Shown here in pieces: positions 1-9,635 of a DNA stretch of 64,000 bases. The DNA lies in assembly GCA_016839945.1 (NCBI GenBank), contig JAEOTE010000027.1:17842-81841 (forward strand). Direction: 5' to 3'. Source of the DNA: Candidatus Heimdallarchaeota archaeon. Lineage in GTDB: Archaea > Asgardarchaeota > Heimdallarchaeia > Heimdallarchaeales > Heimdallarchaeaceae. A program made the translations under genes and the position numbers. Below the pieces are notes generated by a model. That model worked only from the letters and a program-made list of their open reading frames with translations, was not told the origin of the DNA and made no database searches. Each line of letters starts with the position of its first letter. The stretch's first letter is position 1.

Positions 1-1
1 C

Positions 2-193
2 CCAATTTTAGTAGTACACAGTAAGAAGGATCTAAGTGTTCCAAAAAAACAAGCTGAATGGATATTCAATAATGTTCAATCTAAAGATAAAGAAATTGTA
101 GAAATTGTCAAAGGAGGACATGTAATTCCTAAAGATGCAGGTAGGTTTCAGCTTTTTGAAGCTGTTGAGAAATGGATAGAAAAAAGGATATAA
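2..193 (+). CDS. C-terminal fragment of an alpha/beta hydrolase (carboxylesterase-like); 5' end outside window
   Basis: Manual translation of frame 2: PILVVHSKKDLSVPKKQAEWIFNNVQSKDKEIVEIVKGGHVIPKD...KRI*, with the Asp (HSKKD) and His (GGH) pattern of the hydrolase triad. Confidence 0.75.
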   Translation, partial: PILVVHSKKDLSVPKKQAEWIFNNVQSKDKEIVEIVKGGHVIPKDAGRFQLFEAVEKWIEKRI

Positions 194-198
194 TAAAA

Positions 199-1059
199 CT
201 AAAAACTATTAACTGCTTCTTTTATTGCATCATAGCATTTGTCTAGGAGTAAATTCATTCTTTCTTGTTCAACTTCATAAGGGAATTTAGGTAGATCAGA
301 TCTTTCTAACAATTCTTCCTTTGTTGTTTCATCAACCACTAAATCCTCTATTTTCTTTACTAGAAGCTCTAGATACTTTTGCTGAATTTCTAGTTCTTCT
401 TTATATGTTATTGGTCCATGTCCTGGAACTACTTTCTTTGGTGTTAAATAGATCATTTGTGTGTATGCATCAATCCATAGATAAGGGTCTACTGTTGGAT
501 CTCCTCCATATGGGAACATCTCTGAAAAAAGTAAATCTCCTGCAATTATTACTTCATCTTTTGGAACATAAACATAACAACTTCCTTTGCAATGTCCATG
601 AGTTTCGATAATCTCTACTTGTTCATCGTTTTCTTTTATAACATAATCTCCTACAAAGGTTTTAGTGGGTAGTGTAAGTTCCAAATCTTGCCATTTTTCC
701 TTAAATTCAGGATTCTCCGAAAGAAAATTAGCTATTTTCTCTTCTGTCCAATTTTCTGCAAAATCTTTCTCCATCATCTTTTGAGTATCAACTGTAGCGA
801 TGATTTCGCAATCCTTGAAAACTTGATTACCACAAATATGATCATAATGATAATGGGTTAAAACTAGATACTTGATAGGGACTCCCATGATTTTTTCAGC
901 TGCATCTCTTGCATTCTTAGCAGAGATAGGATCTAATCCACTATCAACCATTATTCCAATGTTCTTTAATTTAATAGAAGCCACATTACATCTAGTTTCT
1001 CCTTTTGTATGAGCCCAAACATTATCTGAAACTTGTTCAAGTTCAACCATTAAAATCAA
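199..1059 (-). CDS. MBL-fold metallo-hydrolase (cyclase-like)
   Basis: THYHYDH metal motif, GHCKG, AGDLLF and VVPGHG; likely start is the ATG at 1050. Confidence 0.9.
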   Translation of the reverse strand: MILMVELEQVSDNVWAHTKGETRCNVASIKLKNIGIMVDSGLDPISAKNARDAAEKIMGVPIKYLVLTHYHYDHICGNQVFKDCEIIATVDTQKMMEKDFAENWTEEKIANFLSENPEFKEKWQDLELTLPTKTFVGDYVIKENDEQVEIIETHGHCKGSCYVYVPKDEVIIAGDLLFSEMFPYGGDPTVDPYLWIDAYTQMIYLTPKKVVPGHGPITYKEELEIQQKYLELLVKKIEDLVVDETTKEELLERSDLPKFPYEVEQERMNLLLDKCYDAIKEAVNSF

Positions 1060-1197
1060 AGAATGAATTTATTGGTTGAATAAATAGTTTTCTGAAAAAT
1101 TATAAATTTCACAATTTCAACGAGAAACAACATATTGATTGATTTAGTATCATTTTATATATTGCAGAAAATTAAAAAAATAGAAGAACTAGTCAAA

Positions 1198-2685
1198 CTA
1201 GTTCAATTTAGATTTTTTCTTACGAATTCTAGTAACTACAAACAGGAAAATACAAGCACTAATTATCGTACTAAAGATTATGGTATATTCAGTAAGATTA
1301 AAGTCAATTTTAGCCAATTCAGGAACAATTGGAGGTTCTCCAAAATATTTGTAAAAAACATCATAGTCTGTTCCAGCACCTGCATAATCAGTCCAATCAC
1401 TCCATGCTACATGAACAGTGCCATCAGAATTGATTGCAAGAGAAGGATTAACAGAAGAACTAGTACTTTCTGTGGAAATGACTTCGGTAATGGTCCAAGA
1501 GGAGGAGGAAGCATTCCAACTCTTGTAGAAAATATCTACATCTGTTCCAGCTCCAGCAAAATTTGTATAATCGTACCAGACTATATGCACGTCCCCTGCA
1601 GAATCGACAGCAAGAGAAGGACGCTCCGAAAGAGCTGTACTTTCTGTTGACACAACTTCTGTTATAGTCCAGGAGGAGGAAGAAGCGTCCCAGTGTTTGT
1701 AGAAGATATCCGTATCTATTCCAGCTCCAGCATAATCAGTTTCATCATACCAAGCTATGTGAACATTTCCAGAACTATCGACAGCAAGAGAAGGATGATA
1801 AGAATGACCTGTACTTTCTGTTGACACAACTTCTGTTGTGGTCCAGGAGGAGGAGGAAGCATTCCATTGTTTGTAGAAAATATCAAAACTTGCCCCTGAC
1901 CCATCCCACCACACTATATGGATATTACCAGAGGAGTCGATTGCAATTGAAGGATATACAGAATAACCTACATTCCCTGAAGAAACGATTTCTGTTAAAG
2001 TCCACAAGGATAAGGAAGCATTCCAACTCTTGTAGAAAATATCATTATCTGTTCCAGCTCCAGCATAATCTGTTTGATCCTGCCATGCTATGTGTAAATT
2101 CCTAACAGAATCAGTGATGAGAGAAGGATTATAAGAGTAACCTGTACTCTCTGAAGAAACGATTTCTGCAGTGGTCCAGGAGGAGGAGGAAGCGTTCCAT
2201 TGTTTGTAGAAAATATCAGAGTCTGTTCCACTCCCAGCATAATTAGTATAATCGTACCAGACTATATGCACGTCCCCTGCAGAATCGACAGCAAGAGAAG
2301 GACGGATAGAATCATTTATACTTTCTGTGGACACGACTTCTGTAATGGTCCAGGAGGAGGAAGAAGCGTCCCAGCGCTTATAGAAAATATCATCTATTAT
2401 TCCACTTCCAGCATAATCAGTAGTATCCTGCCAAGCTATGTGTATATTTCCTGCATTGTCAACAGCAAGAGAGGAGGAACCAGAATAATCCGTACTTTCT
2501 GTGGAAACAACTTCTGTTATGCTCCATTTCCAAGTAGTTCTATCAAAAGAATTTATGTTGTAATGGCTATTTTTTTCCTCTACCAGTGCTTTTACATTAT
2601 TTACATTCAGAGAAGAAGTGTTTATTAAAAATCCTATAAGAATAATACTTGAAATCATAAAAAATCTCATTTTTTTCTTTTTCAT
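1198..2685 (-). CDS. Cell-surface 7-bladed beta-propeller repeat protein with signal peptide and C-terminal membrane anchor
   Basis: Basic plus hydrophobic N-terminus; seven ~58-aa repeats (WTxTEVVSTES..S..PSLAVDS.G.vHIvWyD.tdYAG.G.d.DIFYK.Wnassss); C-terminal TM followed by RIRKKK. Confidence 0.85.
   Translation of the reverse strand: MKKKKMRFFMISSIILIGFLINTSSLNVNNVKALVEEKNSHYNINSFDRTTWKWSITEVVSTESTDYSGSSSLAVDNAGNIHIAWQDTTDYAGSGIIDDIFYKRWDASSSSWTITEVVSTESINDSIRPSLAVDSAGDVHIVWYDYTNYAGSGTDSDIFYKQWNASSSSWTTAEIVSSESTGYSYNPSLITDSVRNLHIAWQDQTDYAGAGTDNDIFYKSWNASLSLWTLTEIVSSGNVGYSVYPSIAIDSSGNIHIVWWDGSGASFDIFYKQWNASSSSWTTTEVVSTESTGHSYHPSLAVDSSGNVHIAWYDETDYAGAGIDTDIFYKHWDASSSSWTITEVVSTESTALSERPSLAVDSAGDVHIVWYDYTNFAGAGTDVDIFYKSWNASSSSWTITEVISTESTSSSVNPSLAINSDGTVHVAWSDWTDYAGAGTDYDVFYKYFGEPPIVPELAKIDFNLTEYTIIFSTIISACIFLFVVTRIRKKKSKLN
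1345..2530 (-). repeat. Intragenic tandem repeat, 7 units of 174 bp (one unit 159 bp)
   Basis: Visible at DNA level (gtccaggaggaggaagaagc, gacagcaagagaagga); exact 59-bp match between 1565-1623 and 2246-2304, offset 681 = 174+174+159+174. Boundaries approximate. Confidence 0.9.
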
Positions 2686-2879
2686 ATTATCAAACCTATT
2701 TCATTATCAATTTCGAACATATTTATACGAAATTTATGAATCATGAACATTAAGTGTAAAAAATAAAAACTTTTTCCAGTCTTTTATAAGCAATTAAATT
2801 TTTGAAACCTAAATTTCTTCAACTTAATAATGCAATTCTGAAGAAAATCCAGCTTATTAGATATAAAGAAAAAAGTCGT

Positions 2880-4829
2880 CTACAATTCATCTAGTAAATT
2901 GTAGATTTCTTCATCTATGTTATTCAATCTTTCTTCTAATTCTTCAATCAGTTTTCTTTTACCTTCCATCGTTTCAAACAGATTATTCATTCTTTCTACA
3001 TATTTCGCTCTTGTTTTTCCTTCGTCTCCTTCACTTATTAAAACTTCAATAGAAGAGGTTATACGTTGATACTCCTGATCAATTCTATTTAGATTTGATT
3101 GTTCAGTGTTTATTTGCTCATCAATTTGTTTTTTCTCTTTTCTAATCTGTTTGATTTTCTTCAAAATATCAACTTGTTTTTCTTTTAGTGTATCTAATTT
3201 CAAAAGGTCATCCAAGTAGTCATCAGAAATTGATGCTATTGAAACACTTTCAGATGTTTTTCTAAAGGTTGGAATCTCTATCTTTGTAAGAGATTTAGGT
3301 TCTACATCTATTTTTGCTCTGAAATAGTTTGGAGTTTCTTTTGTATCAACTTTTATTTTCTTTTTATCTATTTCATAATCATACATTTTTGGAACTTCAC
3401 AGATTACTGTTTTTTCCTCATCGCATTTATTGTCGATTTCCAATTTGTATTTTTTATTGTTAATATAGGTTTCAACATAGTATTGACCTGATAGAGATAT
3501 ACCTATTTTCTTTGACATAGATGTTTCTTCTTGTTTAACAACTATATCTTGTTCAACTAAATAAGGTACTATTTGTTTTTCTCCTTTTGGAACTCGCTTT
3601 AGCATAGCTTCTCCAGCATATTCACCTAAATCATAGATAGTTACTGGTCCTTCTTCCCATCCATAGCTGGTTATGTTTTCTATTTCAATTGCTTTGAATG
3701 GATGAGTTGCATGTTGCTGTTGATTATAGATATTGATTGTTTCTTTTGGAATATCCATAGAATTAAGCAATAACAAAGCTGATTCCCCTTTCTTAATTGA
3801 TACAGGCTGTTTTAAGCTAAAGGAAACACTCTCTGTAGTAGTTATAATTTCAGCTGATTCTGCAGCTCCAACTGCATATTCATAAGGTTCCTCTTCCATA
3901 TCCATATCAGCTACACTTGCAAAAGCTCTAGCTCGCTTTGCTTTCTTCATCGGTGCCCCTGCTACAGCAGCTGCCATTGGAGGTGGTGCAGCTCTTAAAG
4001 CTTCTTTATATTCTGCTTCAGGTGTCATTACACTTATTCCCATTTGTTTCGGTCTTTGAACAAAAGGACGATCGATAATCCAGGGTGAACTGATATCATA
4101 TCTGAACGAGATTGGTAATCCAGTGATAAGTTTCATATTAGCATCTATCCAGTCTTGTTGTGAGTTATTTGTTACTAAACTCCACAATTCGAAAACAGCG
4201 TTTTCTTTATCAAGTGAATAAATTCTATATGAAGATTGCCAAGCTGGAAGTTCTGTTAGATAAGAAACATTAACTACTTTTTCTCCTTCTTCCGTAAAGG
4301 AAATTTTCAGATTTTTTACATCCTCTTTCTTACTTTTTACCAGTATTTCTAATTGATCTTCAAGCGTTTTTTGAAAGAATTCTTCAATTGGAACAACGTG
4401 TTTGATCTCATTTGAATCAAGGTGAAGAATTTGAGAATTTGCATCAACCAAAATAACTTCAAGTTTGGTTACTTCTTCACTTTCAGATTCTAGATATTGA
4501 TAACCTACTAATTGTCCTTTTACAGTCTGTCCATCTTTAGTAGTTATATCAACTTTTGAGCCGGAAAGAACATCTAGAATTGAAGTAAATGCTTCACCTT
4601 CGTAATCAATCTCAAGATCTTTCATAATATCAGTGTCAAATGCAATAGATGAAAGCAGAGCTTCCCCTTCAATTTCTACTTTGAAGGTTTTAAGGAAATC
4701 ATTTTGATTTTTAACTAGAACTGGAAATAACACTTCTTTTTCACTAAAAGAAGCATTGGATTTAAGCCATCCCACACCCATCTTATATAATATTACCTCA
4801 TTAACTTCAAAAACTACCATTATAATCAA
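2880..4829 (-). CDS. DUF4139-family protein with C-terminal coiled coil
   Basis: LYKMGVGW start, NDFLKTF, SYLTELPAWQSSYRI, VTNNSQQDW..LITG.P, an Ala/Pro/Met linker, PVSIKKGESA and GPVTIY match my recollection of the DUF4140/DUF4139 architecture. Confidence 0.75.
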   Translation of the reverse strand: MIIMVVFEVNEVILYKMGVGWLKSNASFSEKEVLFPVLVKNQNDFLKTFKVEIEGEALLSSIAFDTDIMKDLEIDYEGEAFTSILDVLSGSKVDITTKDGQTVKGQLVGYQYLESESEEVTKLEVILVDANSQILHLDSNEIKHVVPIEEFFQKTLEDQLEILVKSKKEDVKNLKISFTEEGEKVVNVSYLTELPAWQSSYRIYSLDKENAVFELWSLVTNNSQQDWIDANMKLITGLPISFRYDISSPWIIDRPFVQRPKQMGISVMTPEAEYKEALRAAPPPMAAAVAGAPMKKAKRARAFASVADMDMEEEPYEYAVGAAESAEIITTTESVSFSLKQPVSIKKGESALLLLNSMDIPKETINIYNQQQHATHPFKAIEIENITSYGWEEGPVTIYDLGEYAGEAMLKRVPKGEKQIVPYLVEQDIVVKQEETSMSKKIGISLSGQYYVETYINNKKYKLEIDNKCDEEKTVICEVPKMYDYEIDKKKIKVDTKETPNYFRAKIDVEPKSLTKIEIPTFRKTSESVSIASISDDYLDDLLKLDTLKEKQVDILKKIKQIRKEKKQIDEQINTEQSNLNRIDQEYQRITSSIEVLISEGDEGKTRAKYVERMNNLFETMEGKRKLIEELEERLNNIDEEIYNLLDEL

Positions 4830-4859
4830 AAATTAATATGCTTGGTTTGACTTAAAACC

Positions 4860-5723
4860 TTATTGTTGCGATTCTATTTTATTAACAAAATCTTCTACAT
4901 ACTTAGTAATTTTTGCTTCTTTACCAGCATAAACTCTATGTACATCTCCCATGTTGACTATTTCCGATTTGGGATGGTAGTGAACAAATTTCATTGATTT
5001 TTCAGCTTTAATAAACCAATCACCTTCTCCATAGAAAATTATCTGAGGAACATCTAACTCTTTTTCTCTGCCTCTAATATCATAACCAAAAAAGAATTCA
5101 AAAAGAAAACGGAAGAGAGGATATAAATCGTTTTTAGTAAATTTATCTTTTGAGTACTTCAAATTTTTCATTTCATTTGGACTTTTAATTCTTAAATAGA
5201 GCATTAAGAAGAAGAAGATTATTTTATAAGCTAACCATAGAAGCGGCCAAGGTAAAAACCTTAACAACATAAACCACCACTTTGTGTCGTTTTTCGCACT
5301 TGGACTTGCAGCTAAGAAAGCAATAGGTTTTGGACCAAGTTTTTCGAGGAAGTATAGGTAACCAATATTGATCCCTGAGCAACTTCCCCAAAGATAAAAT
5401 TGAGAATCTTTTAAATCATAATGTTTGATTATCTTTGCAAGCTCTTCTATAATAAATTTAGGTTTGTAAATTCCTCTTTTGCGAGGACCATTTGATTTTC
5501 CATGCCCTCTTGGCTCATAAACAATTATACTAGCAAATTGTTGAAATTGTTGTACTAAAGGCATTATACCTTCAAAATTTCCTAACCAGCCAAGAATTAT
5601 GAGTATAATTCTATCTTTGTATTTCTCATTTTTGCAAGGAAAGAATGCATGATGTATTCTAATAAGCGGTTTTTCTGAGACAACAATAAAATTATCATGC
5701 ATTTTTGAAAGTTTATTTATCAT
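4860..5723 (-). CDS. Alpha/beta hydrolase with Cys at nucleophile elbow (paralogue 1)
   Basis: LGWLG oxyanion loop, YEPRGHGKS, WGSCSG elbow, GEGDWF Asp, DVHRV His. Confidence 0.85.
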   Translation of the reverse strand: MINKLSKMHDNFIVVSEKPLIRIHHAFFPCKNEKYKDRIILIILGWLGNFEGIMPLVQQFQQFASIIVYEPRGHGKSNGPRKRGIYKPKFIIEELAKIIKHYDLKDSQFYLWGSCSGINIGYLYFLEKLGPKPIAFLAASPSAKNDTKWWFMLLRFLPWPLLWLAYKIIFFFLMLYLRIKSPNEMKNLKYSKDKFTKNDLYPLFRFLFEFFFGYDIRGREKELDVPQIIFYGEGDWFIKAEKSMKFVHYHPKSEIVNMGDVHRVYAGKEAKITKYVEDFVNKIESQQ

Positions 5724-5784
5724 ATAAATAAGTATATTGTAAGAAACATTAACGAATCATAATTTAATTAATTCTTAGATTTTA

Positions 5785-6627
5785 TTAATGCGATTCTATT
5801 CTTTCAATGAATTTCTCTACATATTCAGCGACTTTTTCTTCATTTCCAGCATAAACTCTATGTACATCACCCATGTTTACAAGTTCTGAATCAGGATGAT
5901 ATTGAGCTAATTTCACAGAATTTTCAGGTTTAGTGAACCAATCACCTTCAGAGTATAAAATAATTTGAGGAATATCCAATTCCTCTTCTCTACCTCTAAT
6001 ATCATAATCATGTATGAATTCGAAAAGAAAACGAAATAAAGGATATAAATCCATATTAGCAATTCTGCCTTTTGATTTTTTTAGGTTTCTCTGTTCATCT
6101 GGATTTTTTATTCTTAAATAAACATTTAATGAGAAAAAAATAAACTTATAAGTTAGCCACAGAAGTGGATAGGGTAATATTTTAAGTATGTTAAACCACC
6201 ATTTAGTGTTATTTTTATAATCGGGACTTGCAGCGAGAAAAGCTTTTGGTTTAGGACCAAGTTTTTCAATATGGTATAAATATCCAATTTCAATTCCAGC
6301 ACAGCTCCCCCAAATATAAAATTGGGAATCTTTTAATTGATATTGTTCGATAATTTTAGCAAATTCCTCTGATATGATCGTAGGACCATAAATTCCTCTC
6401 TTATGCGGTTTACTTGATTTTCCATACCCTCTTGGATCATATGATATTATATTTGCAAATTGCTGAAATTGTTCTATTAATGGTAATATACCTTCAATGT
6501 TTCCCAGCCAACCAGGGATCATAACAATAAATCTATTTTTGTGCTTTTCTTCTTTACATTCGAAGAAAACATGACGTAGTTTTATGAAAGGTTTTTCAGA
6601 AATGGTAATATAGTTTTCTTCCATCAC
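5785..6627 (-). CDS. Alpha/beta hydrolase with Cys at nucleophile elbow (paralogue 2)
   Basis: PGWLG, YDPRGYGKS, WGSCAG, SEGDWF, DVHRV; closely similar to 4860-5723. Confidence 0.85.
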   Translation of the reverse strand: MMEENYITISEKPFIKLRHVFFECKEEKHKNRFIVMIPGWLGNIEGILPLIEQFQQFANIISYDPRGYGKSSKPHKRGIYGPTIISEEFAKIIEQYQLKDSQFYIWGSCAGIEIGYLYHIEKLGPKPKAFLAASPDYKNNTKWWFNILKILPYPLLWLTYKFIFFSLNVYLRIKNPDEQRNLKKSKGRIANMDLYPLFRFLFEFIHDYDIRGREEELDIPQIILYSEGDWFTKPENSVKLAQYHPDSELVNMGDVHRVYAGNEEKVAEYVEKFIERIESH

Positions 6628-6666
6628 ATCTAATTCGTTTTATTTGTAATAAACTTATTCCATAAT

Positions 6667-7497
6667 TTATAAAGCTTGTAAATATTGATTAATATGATTT
6701 ACAATATCATCTTCGTTTCCATCTATGAACCTATGAGCTTTACTATACTTTACAAGCTTTGATTTTGGATGGAATTGTGCTAAGTTCTCTGATTCTTTGG
6801 GTTTTGAGAACCAATCTTTATCTGCATAGAATATTAATTGAGGGACTCCTATCCCATCCTCTTTTCCTCGTATATCATATTTATGTATAAATTCTAGGAT
6901 AATTCTGGCTTGCACATAGAAATCTAGTTCATAAAATCTCTCCATTGAATAATCAAAATTTTTTATATCTTCTGGACTTTGTTTGTTCAAATACATCTTA
7001 AAAATGATTTTATATATTTTATAAGCAGCCCATAAGATGGGGTAGGGTAAATAATTTACAATGCTAAACCATCTAAAAGTATAATGTTTAGAAGCAGTAC
7101 TCACAGCCAAGATAGCTTTAGGTTTTGGACCTTTATTGTCAATGCAATATTGATAAGCTATTTCTGCACCAACACAGCTCCCCCAAATAAAATATTCATC
7201 TTCTTTTAATTGATAATGTTTTACAATTTCAGAAAGATCATCTGCATAACAAATTGGTTTATACAATCCTCGTTTTCTTGGTCCTGAGGATTTACCAAAT
7301 CCTCGTGGTTCAAACATAATTACATTCGAAATTTCTTGGAAGGCTTTAACTAAAGGCAATCTCCTATCAATACTACTTAACCAACCAGGTATTAGAAGTA
7401 TAGTTCTATTTTTGTATTCCTCATTAGTTGTAGGAAAAAAAGAATGTCTTAGGACTATTAGTGGTTTTTCTGAAACTGTTAGATATTTCTCTTCCAT
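6667..7497 (-). CDS. Alpha/beta hydrolase with Cys at nucleophile elbow (paralogue 3)
   Basis: PGWLS, FEPRGFGKS, WGSCVG, ADKDWF, KAHRF. Confidence 0.85.
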   Translation of the reverse strand: MEEKYLTVSEKPLIVLRHSFFPTTNEEYKNRTILLIPGWLSSIDRRLPLVKAFQEISNVIMFEPRGFGKSSGPRKRGLYKPICYADDLSEIVKHYQLKEDEYFIWGSCVGAEIAYQYCIDNKGPKPKAILAVSTASKHYTFRWFSIVNYLPYPILWAAYKIYKIIFKMYLNKQSPEDIKNFDYSMERFYELDFYVQARIILEFIHKYDIRGKEDGIGVPQLIFYADKDWFSKPKESENLAQFHPKSKLVKYSKAHRFIDGNEDDIVNHINQYLQAL

Positions 7498-7636
7498 CCA
7501 TTTGTGTGTAATATAGTTAATTAATAAATCATTCTTTCTAACTAACTGAAAATATAGCTGACAATAATATAATAATATACGTTAAAAATTTTCTTTAAAT
7601 TAAATTTATATATTACACAAGTTTATTTCTAATATT

Positions 7637-8506
7637 ATGAAAGTTAAAATCTTCACAGAAGTAACTACTTTTATCCCTGATGAGTTAGCAAAAGAATACA
7701 ATATAGATTTCGTAGAGTTTTCTTTGTTAATTGACGGAAAATCTTACAAAGAAAAATCAGAGATTAATAGAGAAGAATTCATCAACACCATGAATGAGAT
7801 GGACCCTTATCCAACTTCAAGCATGGCAAATCCAAACGAATATTTGGAAGCTTTTCAGAAAGCTGAAAATGAAGGATATGAAGAAATTCTATATATTGGG
7901 ATTACCACTAATCTTTCTCAATCTCAAAATTCAGCTAAAATTGCATCCAAACAGATTAAGAAGGCTAAAGTTACTATATATGATAGTGAGATAATGGGTG
8001 CTTGTCAAGGAATCTTGGCTTTATCAGCTGCACATCTTTTTCAGAAAGGAAAATCAATGGATGAGGTCATTAAGCATCTTGATTCGATTAAAGAAATAAC
8101 TTATGGTGCTGGATTATCCTCAAGTTTTGAAGTCTTATTTAAAACTGGTAGAGTTAAGAAAGGAGTAGCAATTTCAGCTATTTCCACAATTATGAGATTA
8201 AAACCTATGTATGAATTCAATTATGAGAAAGGAATAACAAGTTTGGGAGGAGGAAGAGGTTACAAAGGTGCAATCAAAATCTTGATAGAAAATTTCCTTG
8301 AGAAAACAGATGAAAACTTGGACTACATTCTAATTATGGGTGATGTCATTAATCCTGATCTAATGAAAAAAGTAGAAGCAGAAATAAAGAAAATAAGAAA
8401 AATTAAGGAAACATTCTATTGGCCTGTAACAGCAATGGCTGCACATACTTTAGGAAAAGGTTGTGTTGTTGCTGTTATTGGTCCGTCATGGGAAGTAGAA
8501 CTGTAA
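7637..8506 (+). CDS. degV: DegV family fatty-acid-binding protein
   Basis: MKVKIFT..T.IP..LAKEYNI, PTSSMANP, LSQSQNSA, YDSE, KTGRV, LKPM and AHTLG follow the DegV pattern. Confidence 0.9.
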   Translation: MKVKIFTEVTTFIPDELAKEYNIDFVEFSLLIDGKSYKEKSEINREEFINTMNEMDPYPTSSMANPNEYLEAFQKAENEGYEEILYIGITTNLSQSQNSAKIASKQIKKAKVTIYDSEIMGACQGILALSAAHLFQKGKSMDEVIKHLDSIKEITYGAGLSSSFEVLFKTGRVKKGVAISAISTIMRLKPMYEFNYEKGITSLGGGRGYKGAIKILIENFLEKTDENLDYILIMGDVINPDLMKKVEAEIKKIRKIKETFYWPVTAMAAHTLGKGCVVAVIGPSWEVEL

Positions 8507-8511
8507 TTTAT

Positions 8512-9573
8512 TTAGCCTGAACCTTGGCTAAGTAAAATATTTCTTAATTCTAAAATATCATTTAATATAAGATAAATTGCATTATCCAAAGAACGGAAAA
8601 TATCACTTATTGAAACTATTAGCTTGAGATTCTTTCTCCTTTCTGCTTCATTAAATAAGGATTTCTTAATATTCAATTCCAATTCCTCCGCTCTTTCTAT
8701 TGTAACAAAGAAGTATCTTGCAGTTGGATCATTTTCTCTCAATTCATCAATATTCTTGATATGCCTAGAAGTAGTTTCAGCATCTTCACATGAAGCCAGA
8801 TAAATATAGTAATCCATTTCTCTAAAGAAGTCCTTTCCTGCAATTTCTTCGAGGTCAAATAATAGTGTTAAGACTATTCTCATAAAATATGTGTCAATTC
8901 TTGTTATGTACTCGTTTCTATCCAACTGATAGATGAAATCTATATTTTGATACTGAAAAAGTGCTTGAATTATAATATTATATGCGAGAGAATCTGAGGT
9001 TATAATACCTATTTTTGTTCTTCTGTTCAACAGATGTGAGATTTGTTGTATTGTGTTGAATCTTGATGCAATTTCTCGAACAATTTCTTCAATAGTTTTT
9101 GATCTGATTTGTTCATCAAGAATAACATTTTCAGTTAACGATTCACCTAGATACAATAACATTTCATCTGAAATCTCTTGAACATCATCAAATTGTTGTA
9201 AGAAACCTTCAATTGTTGTATAAATTTGATTATGTCCAAATTTCACTTTTTGATCACATTGTTTGTCATAGAAGATTAATATTTGACACATTGCTGATTC
9301 ATTATTGAAAAGAAGGCGTTGATCCTTTATTTGAGAATCAGGTTTTTTAAAAGATACAATTAACAGATGATATAATGGAAAATGAGGTATTGGTAGAGGT
9401 CCATAGATTTCTAGGTGGGGGGAAGAAGCAGAAATCACTGGACTGTAAAAATTCCCAATTCCCATAATTTCCTCACTTGGTATATCAGGAATAGGTATTG
9501 AGCTACGTAAAGACATCCCAGCGTCATCTAAAACGAGTAAAGAGATGTAAGGTATGAATAAATTAGATGACAT
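8512..9573 (-). CDS. Hypothetical protein: longin/uDENN-like N-terminal domain plus degenerate small-GTPase-like C-terminal domain
   Basis: N-terminal LDDAG..YGPLPIP..FKKPDSQIKDQR motif is shared with 32789-33796; the C-terminal beta/alpha pattern is GTPase-like but has no P-loop. Confidence 0.5.
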   Translation of the reverse strand: MSSNLFIPYISLLVLDDAGMSLRSSIPIPDIPSEEIMGIGNFYSPVISASSPHLEIYGPLPIPHFPLYHLLIVSFKKPDSQIKDQRLLFNNESAMCQILIFYDKQCDQKVKFGHNQIYTTIEGFLQQFDDVQEISDEMLLYLGESLTENVILDEQIRSKTIEEIVREIASRFNTIQQISHLLNRRTKIGIITSDSLAYNIIIQALFQYQNIDFIYQLDRNEYITRIDTYFMRIVLTLLFDLEEIAGKDFFREMDYYIYLASCEDAETTSRHIKNIDELRENDPTARYFFVTIERAEELELNIKKSLFNEAERRKNLKLIVSISDIFRSLDNAIYLILNDILELRNILLSQGSG

Positions 9574-9635
9574 TTCAATCAGATTACTAATATTTGTTGA
9601 TTTATTAAGAATTACATGAAATAAAAATCATTTCC

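Noticed and set aside
1345-2530. Regular repeats resembling a CRISPR array or DGR template/variable repeat
   Set aside because: The units are 174-bp in-frame coding repeats with no unique spacers; no cas or reverse transcriptase gene is present, and differences are not adenine-specific.
1135-2628. Plus-strand ORFs 1135-1650, 1821-2105 and 2200-2628 with repeated motifs
   Set aside because: Antisense shadows of the beta-propeller repeats; their repetition simply mirrors the minus-strand gene.
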